A stretch of 64,000 nt of DNA from Antechinus flavipes (GCF_016432865.1 NC_067398.1:557752001-557816000), one strand, 5' to 3'. Positions 48,862 through 62,251 are shown, numbered from the stretch's first letter. The notes: generated by a model not told the origin, from the sequence alone. Program-made: numbers and translations.

Positions 48862-49199
48862 ACCTAGAGAACTCTATTGAGTTCCTTTGCTCTCTACTGT
48901 TATTCTCTGAAGAAAAGGATATAAAAGAAATAGGTAAATCAGTATTCCTTGTCACCTGAGTAATAGCATAGACCAAGTGTCTTCTAGGGAAAGAAGGTCA
49001 ATATTTGATAATTCAGAGAAAAACAAAGTCTTCCTCTGATGCAAGCAAACAAAGTCAGAAAATGCTTCTAGAAGAGTAATAGAGGAAAAACCTTGGGGGA
49101 AAAAAAGAAAAAAGAAAATATGCTTCAAATAATCTGAGTTGTATACCTAAAAGACAGAAAAGAAAAATAATTGCTAGGAAATTAAGTTTTTCCAATAAA

Positions 49200-49960
49200 T
49201 GTTTCAAACTTCAGCTTACATGAAGAGATGCTGACTGCAGAGATGCTATCCAATAATAATGCTTTAGCCCGGGAAGGCAAGCCTAGGTCATTTCTCCACC
49301 ATCAGATGGCCCACATCTGATTTCCTGTGACAGTCAGTGCTGAGGAATTGCTCTAATCACTCTGCTAAGCCCTGTACCTTGTGCCAGTAAAGGAATGATG
49401 CAGTAACTGGCTTCAGAGGCTGGCCACCTCTCAACCTGACATCTTTGACAGTGATGCATTCCATTTAATAGGAGGGTTATTTAAAGTTGCTGAGGTTCAC
49501 CAGGGGAGACACGGCAAGGAATCCAACAGGGGCCTGCCTCAAAGTTGGCTACAGATCAAGGCCTCCTCATTAAAGGACTCAGGAATTTCTGTTTGCAGGT
49601 TGAATTGCTATGATGATCAGTTAGTGAAAAATGGTAACAGCAAGAAGCACAAAAACATGTCATCTAGTGTTGTATCTGCAGACTTTGTGCTTCCCAAGAG
49701 GCCTGAGCAATTACAGTGACATGTCATCAAATTTCTCCACGTCAACAAAATAACACCTTCACTCTAAATGAGATGCAGTCAGATCTGCTTAAAGCTAAGA
49801 AACACAGGAACTTTCCTTCCAACTACAAACTCCTTCAAGATGCCAACTTGGTTTAGAGGGATAGGTGTCAGTGAGATGCCTCATTCCAGTTTCCTTCTTC
49901 CTGTTCAAAGAAACTTGAATCACCATTGTTTAACCCCTAACAAAATTAACAGTAATCCTT
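49200..49960. promoter_or_regulatory. putative enhancer (double E-box, MEIS/TALE sites)
   Basis: Non-repeat, relatively GC-richer block; CAGATG-N5-CATCTG at 49303-49319; TGACAG at 49328 and 49446; inference only. Confidence 0.3.
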
Positions 49961-50789
49961 AAAAGCAAAGAAAGCTTCCCTTAATGTTGGGCAACTGTTT
50001 TACAGTAACCACAGCAACATATTCTATCTTTCAACAACTCATGCTTAATAGTAGCCCCCCAAAAATGAGATGGAGAGGGAAATCAGGATAAGGAAAAAAA
50101 CCACATCAGATCCCATGCATTGTGCTGAAAATTCTTATATAGTTCATTAGCTGAATCTGGTTTATAAAAGATATACAACTTTTGTACTATATGGGATTTA
50201 GCTACCCATGTCATTAACCTCAAAATCTTTTTATCAGTATACATCCAGGAGAATTTTCATTGTAATCTATAACACAATTTGTTCTGATACAATAATCAAA
50301 AAAGTACTAAACAAATTTCCTTTTGGGAAAGAACCTAAATAACTAATATTTCATCTAACTCTTGGATTACTTCAACGTAAGATAAAGATTGATTCATTTA
50401 CGTGCCACTAAATGCCACTAGAATTTATGAAACTTTGGAAAGTGATTGCTATACAAGATTTCCTTAGAAAATTAAGATATTGAATAAATTATAGGCAAAA
50501 TACTTAAAGTACCTTCAAATATTTGGGTAATATTCAAATATGTATGTGTATATATAATTGATGTGCTAATTATAATTTAACCTTATCTATTCATTAAAGT
50601 AACTCCTCTGAAGATCTCTACTAGGTGATACTTCATTAGCCTATTTTAAGTTACTATATATGTCACTGAAAGTTAGATTTTTTCCTAGCAATTTAAGATC
50701 ATCATCCCACTTAGTCCAAATTGTAATAATGAATAAAAATGTAACAACAACCTGGGTACTGAGGGGCTACTAGGTATTGGCTCTCTAAA

Positions 50790-50980
50790 GAGCAGCAAGA
50801 GCTGAGTTATGAAGACTTAAGTAAAGTCCCTCCCATGACATGCGAATGTGACCATGAAAAATTCACCTAAGCTGTCAGTACCCTCAGGCAGCAGTTACCA
50901 AAGTGAATTTCCAAAGTCAATTCACAGAGAAAGACTTCTCCACCAGTACTTTTTACAGCAATGAAGTCACAGATCTAGAT
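50790..50980 (+). mobile_element. marsupial CORE-SINE variant (same family as 14765-14900)
   Basis: gtgaccatgaaaaattcacctaagctgtcagtaccctcaggcagc...agcaatgaagtcacagatc. Confidence 0.5.
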
Positions 50981-52234
50981 CAAAATAAAAACATAGAAAA
51001 TTAAAGGTAGAAAGAGGTCATCTGATTCAACCCCCACATTTTACTGATAAAGCCAAGATAAAAATCCAGGTCTCTTGATTACAAAATACTTGGAAATTTT
51101 TTATCCTTTCCTCTTCTAACTTTATTCCAAGTTTCCATTTCAGGTATTATACAGCTATCCTTTCTTTTGTTTTAAGCAAGTCATTTTTTATTGCCTTATT
51201 GCAGGCAAAACATATTAGATTATTAACATGGAGCTACTGCTTTTCTTGTTTCCTCTTTTTTGCTGAATAAAAACTGCAAATAGCTTTGGCAAAATCTATA
51301 CATCACTACCAGTTATTTCACACTAGAGTCCACCTGGAATTTGAGACTTCATTAACAATCAGTATATGTTAAGAGTCAGATTAAATATATAACAATCAAA
51401 ATCAGCTATTTGGATGGTTAAGAATATAAGAGCGATATAAAAAACCATGACATGGTTTTAAGGAGGATAAGAAAATGTTATTGTGTACTTTGATAGAAAA
51501 AAAACAACACTTAGTTAAAAGAGAGCTAGATTCAAAATCTGAATTCAGCACATGCAAGCTAGCTATATAACCCTGGGTAAATCACTATGGATGAAATACT
51601 ATTTCCTTAATTAAAGGATAGAAATAGAGTTAATAATCTTTATGCTACCTATTTTACCAGTGTTGTAAGGAGAATATTTTGTAAACCTTCAAAATGAATT
51701 AGCAGTGTTAATTTTTGAGATTTAATTTTAGTGTCTTAATTCACATTATGCTTCTGCTCTGGGGTGAACAAGATTCAGGTCGATAGTTTAGAGTTGGTAC
51801 TGGAACAAAATGAGATATTCAGAGGTCATTCAAGAGTTAACCAAAGATATAGTTAGCCACACACAGAAAAGACAGACATCGAGAATCTTTTGAGTTTACT
51901 TAATTGAGTTCCCAGCACTACCTTCCAGTGACATGATCATGGTGCTTTTATTGAGCCTTCTCGATATGGCTTCTCTGCTGGGCAAATTGCTCTATGGGTG
52001 TCACAGTGGTTGACTTTTCACTTATGACTGGCACTTGCCTCAATTGGGCTTTGATGCCTACTAGCACTTTCTATGCTCTTCTCTTAATTGCCACCTAAAC
52101 ACATTCATTTTGCTGGAGTATGATGGTTAGAACCTTTTACTGAGCTGATAGCCCTTTAGTCTTAGACACCAAACACAATTAATGAAAGTCAGGCCCAAGG
52201 ACCTCAGGTGCAAATTACATCTTCTCATCTCAAG

Positions 52235-52430
52235 GGACAACATGGTAGAGAGTATATAGCAATGGACTTGGAATGAAGAAGGTTTGGATTCAAATTCTGC
52301 TTCTCAAATCTCTTAGCTCTGTGACTATGGGCAAAGTCACTTAACTTCTATTAGCCTCAGTTTTCTCATCTCTAAAATGAGGAGGGTGAATTTTATGACT
52401 ACTAAAATCCCTTTAAAATTTAAAGTGAGG
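52235..52430 (+). mobile_element. MIR3-type SINE
   Basis: tggattcaaattctgcttc...gtgactatgggcaaagtcacttaac...cctcagttttctcatctctaaaatgaggaggg. Confidence 0.75.
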
Positions 52431-53779
52431 AGTCCTTTGTCTGAGCAAAGCTCAATTATCTATTCCAGGTAACTACATAATTTTAATATTTGCTAGATCC
52501 CAGGGAATAGAAATGAACTTGAACCAAAACAAAATAAAAACAACTAATGAGGACTGCATCATTTTCTCCATCCAAATGCATATTTGTCGACCAAAAACCA
52601 ATAGCTTCAATATTATATTTTGGCCAGTAAAATAACCTTCCTATCTCTCTATACGAGTAGGACTTTATTATCTGAACAATAACATTTATTAAGAAATCAC
52701 TTGTATACTATTGTGTTAAAGGTCTTTAAACCCACTAAGACATTTAGGTACTGTGATTCATTTAGAGATACTCATACCCTTGCTGAATGTTATAGGATCA
52801 GTCTCATCCCCTATCTCCACCCCCAGTTCTTTACAAGCTGATAAAAGAGACTAGGTAATAGTCTGATGACTCAAGAATATCTAGTATTGCTGTTATTTCC
52901 AAAGCACCATCATACAATTTTATCCTCCTTCAGAATGGATCTTCTTAAATGAATAGACAAAGTCAGTATCAGAATAGAATAAACACTTATGGTATGGCAA
53001 ACAATATAAACTATCATTGTATGGCTTGTTATTCATTGACAGCTAAATCTGCTAATGACATTGATGTACCACATAATCATTTCTGAAATACTAGTATTAC
53101 AAACCTTGTCTTCAACTACCATGCTAGATCCTATTAAAATAGGAAAGATCTTTGTCCCACAGAAGCTTATATTTCTTGTCCATAATTATGTACAAACATA
53201 TATGTAATTATCAGATATAAACATCTGTCCATGTTACACACCCACCTTAAATAACTCAAATTCTTAAAAACAACTACACATAGTAAAACTAAACATTTTT
53301 GTCAACTCACTATTAAATAATCAATGATTAAATTTCTTTACTTTAAAAAAAATTGATGTCTCCTAAATCCTATTCCTCTCTGTGTGCATTTTTTTTCTCT
53401 GTCTTTTTCTTCTTTACTATTATTATAACAATACCCAGACAGTTGAGTCCAACACCTACTCAAAATTATATTAACAAGCACCCATTTACACCAAATCATG
53501 CTAGAACAAAACTAAAATGAAACACATAAATAACATCAATGCCAAGGACATTTACTGAAGACAAAGACAAGGTAATTAATATAAGGGCTAATAATATAAG
53601 GGCTAAAACTACTTCACTTCCCTAAACTATCAACTCTCAATCCTCTCGGGATGAGAGACTTCGAAGTTCACTTTTGCTCCTCAGTATTTCAGCACAGTAG
53701 AAGAACATATCAATTTATTTGTGGAGAAATGCTAGGAACTTTTAAGTAGCAGATCACCCTTTCTTTTAGCTGTGTATAT

Positions 53780-53940
53780 AGGATTATAAATTCAAAGCTG
53801 GAAAAAGACATGAGAGATCATTTAGTTTAACTGATGGGAGGGTCAGAGGTTACACAGGTAATAAATAGCCAAGATTCAAACCCAGATCCCTTGACTCCAA
53901 ATTCAACATTCATTTTCACTCCACCACAATGCCTTTGGCA
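53780..53940 (-). mobile_element. MIR SINE
   Basis: gaggttacacaggtaataaatagccaagattcaaacccagatcccttgactcc. Confidence 0.65.
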
Positions 53941-54574
53941 CTTATTATTCCCACTGGGGAGGTAACAATTCCTAACAATTTAACAATATGAAGTTTCTCC
54001 TTTGGCCTTACCTGTCTTGCACACTTTGAAGATCCTTGAAGACAGAAACTATTTCATTACCATTATATCTCCAGGCCTGTTATAGTACCTGACATACAAT
54101 AAGTACTTAATAAATGCTTACTTAAAGGTACATAATACCTTTTTCTTCCCTTTTCTGTGTTTTTTTCACTTATCAATTGAACTTAATTGCATTTTCCCCC
54201 AGGCATTTCTGGAGAAAACATGCAATTTTTATAAAGGCAAAGAGAAACTACTCTAACAGTCATTTTATGACTTAGTTCATGAACTCAGTTCAGAATTCAG
54301 GCAATCAATTATTGGTTAATTCTTTTTTCCCAGCTCCATTCTCAGGGCTGACATCAGCACATGAAGATTAAAGGAATGGTCGTAAATAATTCCATAGAAG
54401 TTGACTACTTCTAATATATTAACTTATTCTCCTCAACTAGAAGTACACTCACCCTTCAATAGAATTTTAGACACATTAAAACAATGTCAGGCTTCTCAAC
54501 CTGATATTTATTGAATCACACATTTTTCCCACCAGATATATTTTCATTCCAAAGACATGACTATATTAATATGG

Positions 54575-54769
54575 ACTTGGTATCAAACTCAAATAGAAAC
54601 AAATCCCTGAAAGTTACATATTGATTTAGAAAACTATATATTAACATTATCTATGTTATATTTTATTTTTGTTTATTTTGTTAAATATTTCCCAATTACA
54701 TTTTAATCTGGTTCAGGATGCACTTGGGGGGTTTCCTGATTGCTCATTGCTATAAGTTTGATACTTCTG
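54575..54769. mobile_element. hAT-type MITE
   Basis: Inverted termini ggtatcaaac / gtttgatact; body aatatttcccaattacattttaatctggttc. Confidence 0.65.
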
Positions 54770-55599
54770 TTAAAAAGTTTCTTAGCATAGCAGCTAGGGA
54801 GCACTATAAAAGTTGGTGTGGACTTCTATGGCCCCTAGCAACACTCAGGTGTGTGGGCTTCCCACTGCTATTTCTGCCACAATAGGAGAAATTAGACATA
54901 GCTAATGGCAGTAGTCCCATTCCTATTTTCTTCTCCTCCTTTCCTACCTCCAGCTCTCCTGCTTTATACCTGTCCATATCTCTTCTCTTTTGCTATACCT
55001 CCTCTAATTTCTACTGGGCATGCTGCAGATTATTCCATTAAGTATCTACACAGTCTGACTAACACAATCTCCACAACAAATTACCAAGTTTTCAGGGACT
55101 TAAATACAAACCAAATTAGTACAGGAATCATCCACTAATGTCAATCTCTACTGTCTTCCCTCTCCTCACCCAATTCTATCTACTTAAAATTAAGATAATT
55201 TGTTTTTTTTTTTTCTTAGAAAAAAGACCGTCAAAGAAAAAAAGGAAACCATGTGAAGTGAAAGGGCTATAGAGAAACTACTCAGGAAAGTGAACATATT
55301 TTGCATTTTTTAAAGGCACAGAGGCAAATCAATTTTCTTTATTATCCAAACAATAACACAAATTCAAAATTATTTTGTTTGATTTGACTTGTGATTTATC
55401 AGGCTATTTCACATCTGTTTTAAACCCAGTTGACTATATAACTATGAAAGTTCACAGTGACAAAATAAGAGAATAGTACACTCTAGAAATACATACATAG
55501 GGGAAAAATATGCTGTCACAAGCCTTTGAGCTCAGAATCATTGTGGGAAGTTTATTTTTATGGGATGGGTTGGATAGGCAAGAGGAGGTGAAGAGCAGC

Positions 55600-55950
55600 A
55601 GTTGGGCTGCAAAATAGTTAACAATTTTAATTGCAGGAATGATTTATGGCAGAACATAACCCTAAAATTTTATTAAAGTTGCTTTTACAACTGTAACACA
55701 CAGTAGGAAAATCAATCCTGTTCCTGTAATGAAGAAAAACAAGTCATTTTCCAAAGGAAATATGATTATACATTCAGAGCTTAAGCTGGAGAAACAGAAG
55801 GCAACCCAATACAACATGGGCTATCACAGAGGGACTATCCGCTAACTGAGGCCAGCATAACAAGATTGGATTCCAATTTAATGTAGCTGGGGCTCAAATC
55901 CCATCAGAGAGTTTATTTGACAATCTGACAGTTATCTCAAGGAAAACAGG
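55600..55950. promoter_or_regulatory. putative enhancer with a PBX-HOX composite site
   Basis: TGATTTATGG at 55640-55649 and TGACAG at 55926 in non-repeat sequence; inference only. Confidence 0.25.
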
Positions 55951-56715
55951 TTAGGAAATATAAAGGACTCACATTGCTGCACTTTCTTCTCAGCACAGAA
56001 AGACTTTTTTGCCTAGAGGCACCCTAAAGCCTGAAGCCCCACAGGTATTGCCACTTTGTGCCTCTATATAAACTAAAGCATTTTAGTGGACATTTCCCTC
56101 TAAGTAAAGCCCAATTCTATGACCTAAGTCTGAGGGAGAAGAGAAAAAAAAAAAAACAATTTGTTGTTCTTTTTTTTCTATATGAAAAATAATGGAGGAA
56201 AAGCACCAAGTTTGCATAGATTCTTGTAGAGATATTGATGCATATTTCACCAAATATTATAATTAAGTAAATACATAAGGGGATTTATAGTCCCTGTTGA
56301 CAAATGGAATTCACTTCTTCCTCATCTCTGCCTATTACAATCCCTGTTTTCTTCCTGGTTCAGATCATATAGTATTTCTTTTTGGAAGCTTTCCCTGCCT
56401 TTCCTAATTGTTAGAGCTTTCTTCATCTTCCCCAAATTATCATGCATAGGATTCAGAAATTTATTCCCAAAGCTCTCCCAGGTTCAAGGTATATTACGGG
56501 TCTGCATCTCTTAATAAGCATAGCTTATGATCCTCCCTAAATCTGTTTATTTCTATGAATCAATTAGAGGTCACAATTGCTTCAGGGGAAAAAAAGACAT
56601 TTAATAAAATTGTATGACAAGTAGAAAGTATTTCCCCCCTTAAACCTGGTGGTGCTTTCCCACAGATTCAACACCACAAATAGGAAAAGGAGATATATAC
56701 ATCTCTGTCTGTCCT

Positions 56716-56977
56716 GGTGGCTAGGTGACACATTCGATAGAGTGCTGGGCTTGGAATCAGGAAGACTCATCTTCATGAGTTCAATCCTGGCCTCAGACAC
56801 TTAGCAGATGTGTGACACTGGTCAATCATTTAAATTTGCTTATCTATTTGCTTGTCTCTCTTTCCTCATCTGTAAAATGAGCTGGAGGAAGAAATGGTAA
56901 AACATCCCAGTATCTTTGCCAAGAAAGCCTCAAATGGGGTAATGAAGAGACGGACATGACTAGAATGACTGAAAACA
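56716..56977 (+). mobile_element. Mar1-type SINE, full length
   Basis: Head gatagagtgctgggcttggaatcaggaagactcatcttcatgagttcaatcctggcctcagacac; RTE tail ctgtaaaatgagctggaggaagaaatgg...gacggacatgact. Confidence 0.9.
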
Positions 56978-57477
56978 GTCAGTCCATCAATAAGTCCATC
57001 AATTTATTAAGAATCTATTATGTACCAAACACTGAGATAAATATTGAGGTGTTCAAAAAAATTAGCCCCTTCTGTCAAGAAGCTCACAGTCTAATGGAGT
57101 TAACTTACAATTACATACAAACAAGATAAATACTGGATAAATTAAGAATAACCTCAAGACACATATACCTAGGAAACATATATGACCAAGGCACATAGGT
57201 GGAAGGTAACATTCAGAGAGACACAATTCATGCCTCAGTTGCTCCAGGACCATGCAAAGTGATGTCATCACATTATTCCCAACTGATTTCTTTCACTAGA
57301 CATGCAGTCCCTGACACTGTTCCCAAGGTCACTGATTGCCATTACCAGACATGGCTCCATTAATACTGTGACTGTGGACTCCTCTCTGCTTTGATAGACC
57401 ATCCCATCTCTATCTCTTTTTCTAGTCCATTATTCATAACAAACCTTCTAAATGTGATCTTCAAGGATTAGTTTTAG

Positions 57478-57715
57478 TTATTATTGTTATTGTTCAGTCA
57501 TTTTTCAGTTGTGTCTGATTCTTTGTGATTCATTTGGGGTTTCTTCACAAATAGACTACAGTGATTTACCTTTTCTTTCTCTAGTTCATTTTATAGATGA
57601 GGAAACTGAGGTTAAGTGACTTTCACACAGCTAATAAGTGTCTGAGGTCTGATTTGAATTGACTTCTTCCTGACTCCAGGCCCAGAGGTCTATCCACAGT
57701 GCCACCTATCTACCC
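57478..57715 (-). mobile_element. Mar1-type SINE, full length
   Basis: gttcagtcatttttcagttgtgtctgattctttgtgattcatttgggg...cttcctgactccaggccc...tatccacagtgccacc. Confidence 0.9.
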
Positions 57716-57719
57716 TATC

Positions 57720-58050
57720 TTATTTGTTAAATACTTATCCCTTTCCTCCCTCATTCTCACCTAAACACTTATAATAACCTCCTACTTAGTCTTTCCATCT
57801 CAAGTAATTCCCCTTTCCAATCCATCTTCTCACATCGCTACCAAAGTGATTTTCCTAAAGTACAAATCTAGCTTATGTCATTTTTTACTAAGAAATTCCA
57901 TTCCAAAACCTTCATTTTGCTTCCATGATCAAATATAAATTTATTTTAATAACCTTCATAACTTGATCCCAAAATATCTTTAAATTTTACTATATGTTAC
58001 TCTCTGATTCTTTAGTCAACTCCCTCAGTTGTGTCTCCCCTCTAATTGGA
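57720..58050 (+). mobile_element. L2 3' region
   Basis: ctacttagtctttccatctcaag...ccaaagtgattttcctaaagtacaaatc. Confidence 0.65.
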
Positions 58051-58069
58051 AGATGGTGATTAGAACCTT

Positions 58070-58815
58070 CCTTTATAGAGACTTTTGATAGAGTATCCAT
58101 ACTATTCTCATGAAAAAGATGAAGAGACATGGATTACAGATTAATGTGTTCAGATGGGTTCCGAATGGTCTGGGTGAACAGAATGTCAGCATAGTGAGAG
58201 GTTTAGCAGAAGACTCCAAAGATCTACACTTGGCCTTGTCCTGTTAAATATTTTTTACCAATGACTTGGGTAAGTCCAAGCATGAGAGCATTCTCATCAA
58301 ATGTGCAAATGAACACTGGGAGGTACAGCTAATGCATTGGATGATAGCCTCCAAAAGAATGTTGACTTTCTAGAGGTATCAGCCCAAAATAAGAAGAAAT
58401 CCAATTAATATAAATATAAAATCTAACACTTGAGTTCAAAAAATTAGTTCCACAAATATTAGGTGAAGGGGGCATGAACAGAGAGCTTTTAAAACTGAGA
58501 ATTTTAGTGGACAGAAAGCTTAATACGAGTGCAATGAATAAGAAAAAAAAAAAACTAATGTAATCTTGGGTTACAGGGGAAGGGGCATGGTTACCAGGAA
58601 TAGGGAGGTGATCAGTCCAGTGTATTCTATTCTTTTCAGACTTCCTCTGGAATATGGCATGCAGTTCTGAGCACTATGGTTGCAGAAGGACATTGATGAA
58701 CTGCAGAGTATCCAAAGGAGGGGCAAGTAAAATGGCAAAGGGCCTTAAATTCATGACATGCGAAGATCAGTTGAAAAATATGGGAATATTTAGCCTAGAG
58801 AAAAGAAGACTTTAT
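58070..58815 (+). mobile_element. L3/CR1 reverse transcriptase fragment
   Basis: LGLVLLNIF(+1 shift)TNDL at ~58229 equals the CR1 LGPVLFNIFINDL motif; later gacattgatgaactgcagagtatccaaagg and tttagcctagagaaaagaagact; explains ORF 58654..58923. Confidence 0.85.
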
Positions 58816-58968
58816 AGAGGAATCTGGACTTTCAGAACTTTTCAGGTAACTCAATATTCTCAGCAGCTAGTTGGCTTGAGTTTTGATACTACAAAATATG
58901 TCATTATGCTGGTTACCCTCTAATGACTTCCTCTCCCTTTTGTGTGTTGCTTTTCCCTATTAGATTGT

Positions 58969-59222
58969 GGAGCAGCTAGGTAACACAGTAGATTTGAGAG
59001 CCTGGACTGAAGTCAGGAAGACTCATCATCCTGAGTTCAAAATTGACCTCAAACACTGAACAGTTATGTAACTCTGGGCATAAGTTAAGCCTGTTTGCCT
59101 TAGTTTCCTCATCTCTAAAATGAGCTGGAGAAGGAAATGGCAAACCACTCTAATGTCTATGACAAGAAAACCTCAAAGGGGATTATTGAAAAGTTGGACA
59201 CAACTGAAAACAACTGAGCAGC
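58969..59222 (+). mobile_element. Mar1-type SINE inserted in an L2 tail, with TSD
   Basis: Full head, core and RTE tail; attagattg at 58959-58967 and 59223-59231. Confidence 0.9.
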
Positions 59223-61196
59223 ATTAGATTGCAAGTTCTTTAAGGATAAAGATTGTCTTTATTTTTATAATATGTGTCCCCGTGTGGTGATTTCCATAGT
59301 GTTGGCAAATAGTAAGAGCTTAATAAATGTTTATTGAAGTATCTGTTATGCTCTTTCTCTAGTTCAAATTGAGTTTTCTTCTGTTGTTCATCCACACAGT
59401 ATTCCCTCTCTTCTTTATGTAACTTTTTGTGCTAAATGTCATGTCTGGAATATACTCCCTCCTTAATTTCTACTTATTAAATCCCCTATTTCCCTTAAAA
59501 TTTTGTTCAAACATCTTCTTCATAAAGGGTTTCCTGAACTCTCCAGCTGCTGTACTTTTTATTTACTTTGTGTTTATTTATTTATGTATGTAAAGTATGT
59601 TACCCATGTAAAATGTGTATATCCTTATAGGATGTCTACAGGTTCAGACAGGTAACTTGAGTGAAGGCCTTGATATGCCTGGATATATGTTTTCATATAT
59701 CCAAAGATATATGAGATATCTCTGGAATTTTTTCCTCTCTTCTCCAAAGGAAACTATGATATTTAACTTAAAGGGAGCACGAGAAAGGGGAAAGGCAGGC
59801 CAGGCTTTTCTCTGAGAGAGAAAAAAGAGAATAATTGACTTGAATTATATCTATCTGTTCCTTATATATTACTAGTGTAGAAGCATGATTTTTTTTCCTA
59901 CTTTATTGGATACTATTTCTTAGAGAGACAAGGGCACTCCAAGTTTATATACACCAGTTTGATTCCTTATCACTAAATGATAGTTGCACAAAAGATCATT
60001 ACAAATAGTGAAAAGCAAAAAAAAAAAAAAAAAATTCCAAGAAGATAGTAAACAAAAATAGAAGTTCTATAGATCAGAATATACAAAATATGCAAGGTTA
60101 TTAGATGGATTCACTTGACATGTCTCAACTAAGAAAAAGAATCCAATCTCATTCAAGAGGACATTCCCAAAGTTTTTAAGCAAGTAGCAACTTCTCCTAC
60201 ATGATTTCTATTTCCAAAATTTTTTTTAAAAAAATCTCTGCCCTCTTCAATTTGTCCCCAGAAGAGTCTAGAACTATACCTGTTCTTTCTCAAAGAAGGA
60301 AAGAAAACATCTTTCTTTTATAAAGCTATCATAATAACTCCATCCTTCATAGATTCATTGTCAAATCATCATTTTCTTCACCAAGTAAGAGTCAAACTAA
60401 ATTCTCCAGATTTACCTGGAAATGTAATTTACCTGTACATATTCTCTTAACCAATCGAATTTAAACATTTTGTTTTTGTTTTTGTAAATCCACCAACTAA
60501 CACACTCTCTGGTCCTTATTAAATGCCTAATCAATTCTTATTGAGTCATTGATTCCAGCTTGTGACCAGTGAGTATATTTAGATGGAATATCATCTCTTC
60601 CTCATAATAATAATTAGCTCCATCATGTTCTCCTAATTTAAAGCTTCAGTGTTCCCTATAGCTCATTCAGAAAGAAGCAGCCCTTAACACATTCAGACAT
60701 TTGACTAGCAAAAATCCTTCTTAGAAAACAAAACAAAACAAAAAAATTTTAAAGCCCTTGCCTTTTTTTTCCCTTTGGGAATGGTCTTTCACAGTTTCTA
60801 CAAAAACAGGCTTTTCATCAGCAGAATATTCTTTGCCCCAGAAGCCAAGCTCTCTAGAGATATTCTCAGCTAGGTAGTGCTTCAGGCTTAATCTATTTTT
60901 TTAACCATATTTCCTGATCACAAGGGCTTGCCTCTACATTAGAGACCCCACTCTAACTTAAAGTGCAAATTCCTTTGCCTCTCTATAAATCTCCAATTGC
61001 TAGACTATATTTAATCAACATCCAATCTAGAAGCTGCCCTCCTGGGTTCATATAGCTTCTCAAATCCGAAACCCCTTTGCTTTCCCATACTGATGATGTG
61101 TGGTAAAGGGGTGAAACATAGAAACAGAAAACTAAGCCCAAAACTAAGCAAGGCCATAATCTTTCTAAGTAACCATATTTTTGCCTTTATTGTATA

Positions 61197-61198
<2 letters not shown>

Positions 61199-61236
<38 letters not shown>
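61199..61236. repeat. (TG)19 microsatellite
   Basis: Read directly. Confidence 0.95.
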
Positions 61237-61239
<3 letters not shown>

Positions 61240-61677
61240 CCAGCAAAGCTTTTTAATTCTTTCATGCAATCAGAATGTTTCTCTGTTTAAATGTTGTATC
61301 TCCCTGTTTTTCATTTTTTTCTTTGTATCTCTCACCCCCACTCCCACCCCCATGGCTAGAATGATGCTGTGCACATGAACATGGATTAAACTGGACTCCA
61401 GATGACTTCTATTAACATCAGTCGCAGCTTACACATACACAATGTCATAGGTTTATTTATCTAAGAGAATCTCTCGTGTATTCTGTAGCTATATAGTACA
61501 ATGGATGAAGGAACTGTGATCTTGCTTAGTCCAGTTAAGTGATGCGGCATTCGATTTTTCATCCATAAAGATATGGTCATATGACTCTAGAGTTTGGAGA
61601 GAACAAATAATTTTAAAATTCACACAAATGCTAAGTCACAATAATTGGGAAACTCACCATTTCCCTCCAGCCTGTCT

Positions 61678-61701
61678 CACACACACACACACACACACAC
61701 A
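61678..61701. repeat. (CA)12 microsatellite
   Basis: Read directly. Confidence 0.95.
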
Positions 61702-61957
61702 CCCCGCAAATACGAGAAGGGGAAGGGAGGGAGAAAAGCAATACCATTGTCTTTTTTTAAATTTCTTTCCCTTCCAATCACTCAGCACAAAGGATGCCTT
61801 AATAATATTTCACTATAAATCAACACTATTTACAAGTAACCCATTAGTCAGCCACAAGCATTCATAAATTACCTACTATGTGCCAGAGATTGTACTAAAC
61901 ACTGGATAACAAATAACAATGATGAAATAATTCTTATCCTTAAGAAGCTTATGTTCT

Positions 61958-62251
61958 TAGCATTTTCACTCTTTTTGTTGATGTTTGTTTGTATTTTGTT
62001 TTCTTTCTCAGGTTTCTTTTCCCTTCTTGATCTGATTTTTCTTGTGCAGCATAACTGTATAAATATGTATACATACACTGGATTTAACATATATTTTTAA
62101 AATATTTGACATGTATTGGACTACCTGCCATCTAAAGAAATGGGTAAGGGGAAGAAGGGGAAATTTTGGAACAAAGTTTTGCAAGGGTCAATGTTGAAAA
62201 ATTACCCATGAATATGTTTTGTAAATAAAGAGCTTTAATAAAATAAAAAAT
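61958..62251 (+). mobile_element. dasyurid-type L1 3' end with TSD
   Basis: ttttgcaagggtcaatgttgaaaaattacccatgaatatgttttgtaaataaagagctttaataaaataaaaaa; TSD aagcttatgttct (61945-61957) / aagtttatgttct (62252-62264). Confidence 0.85.
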
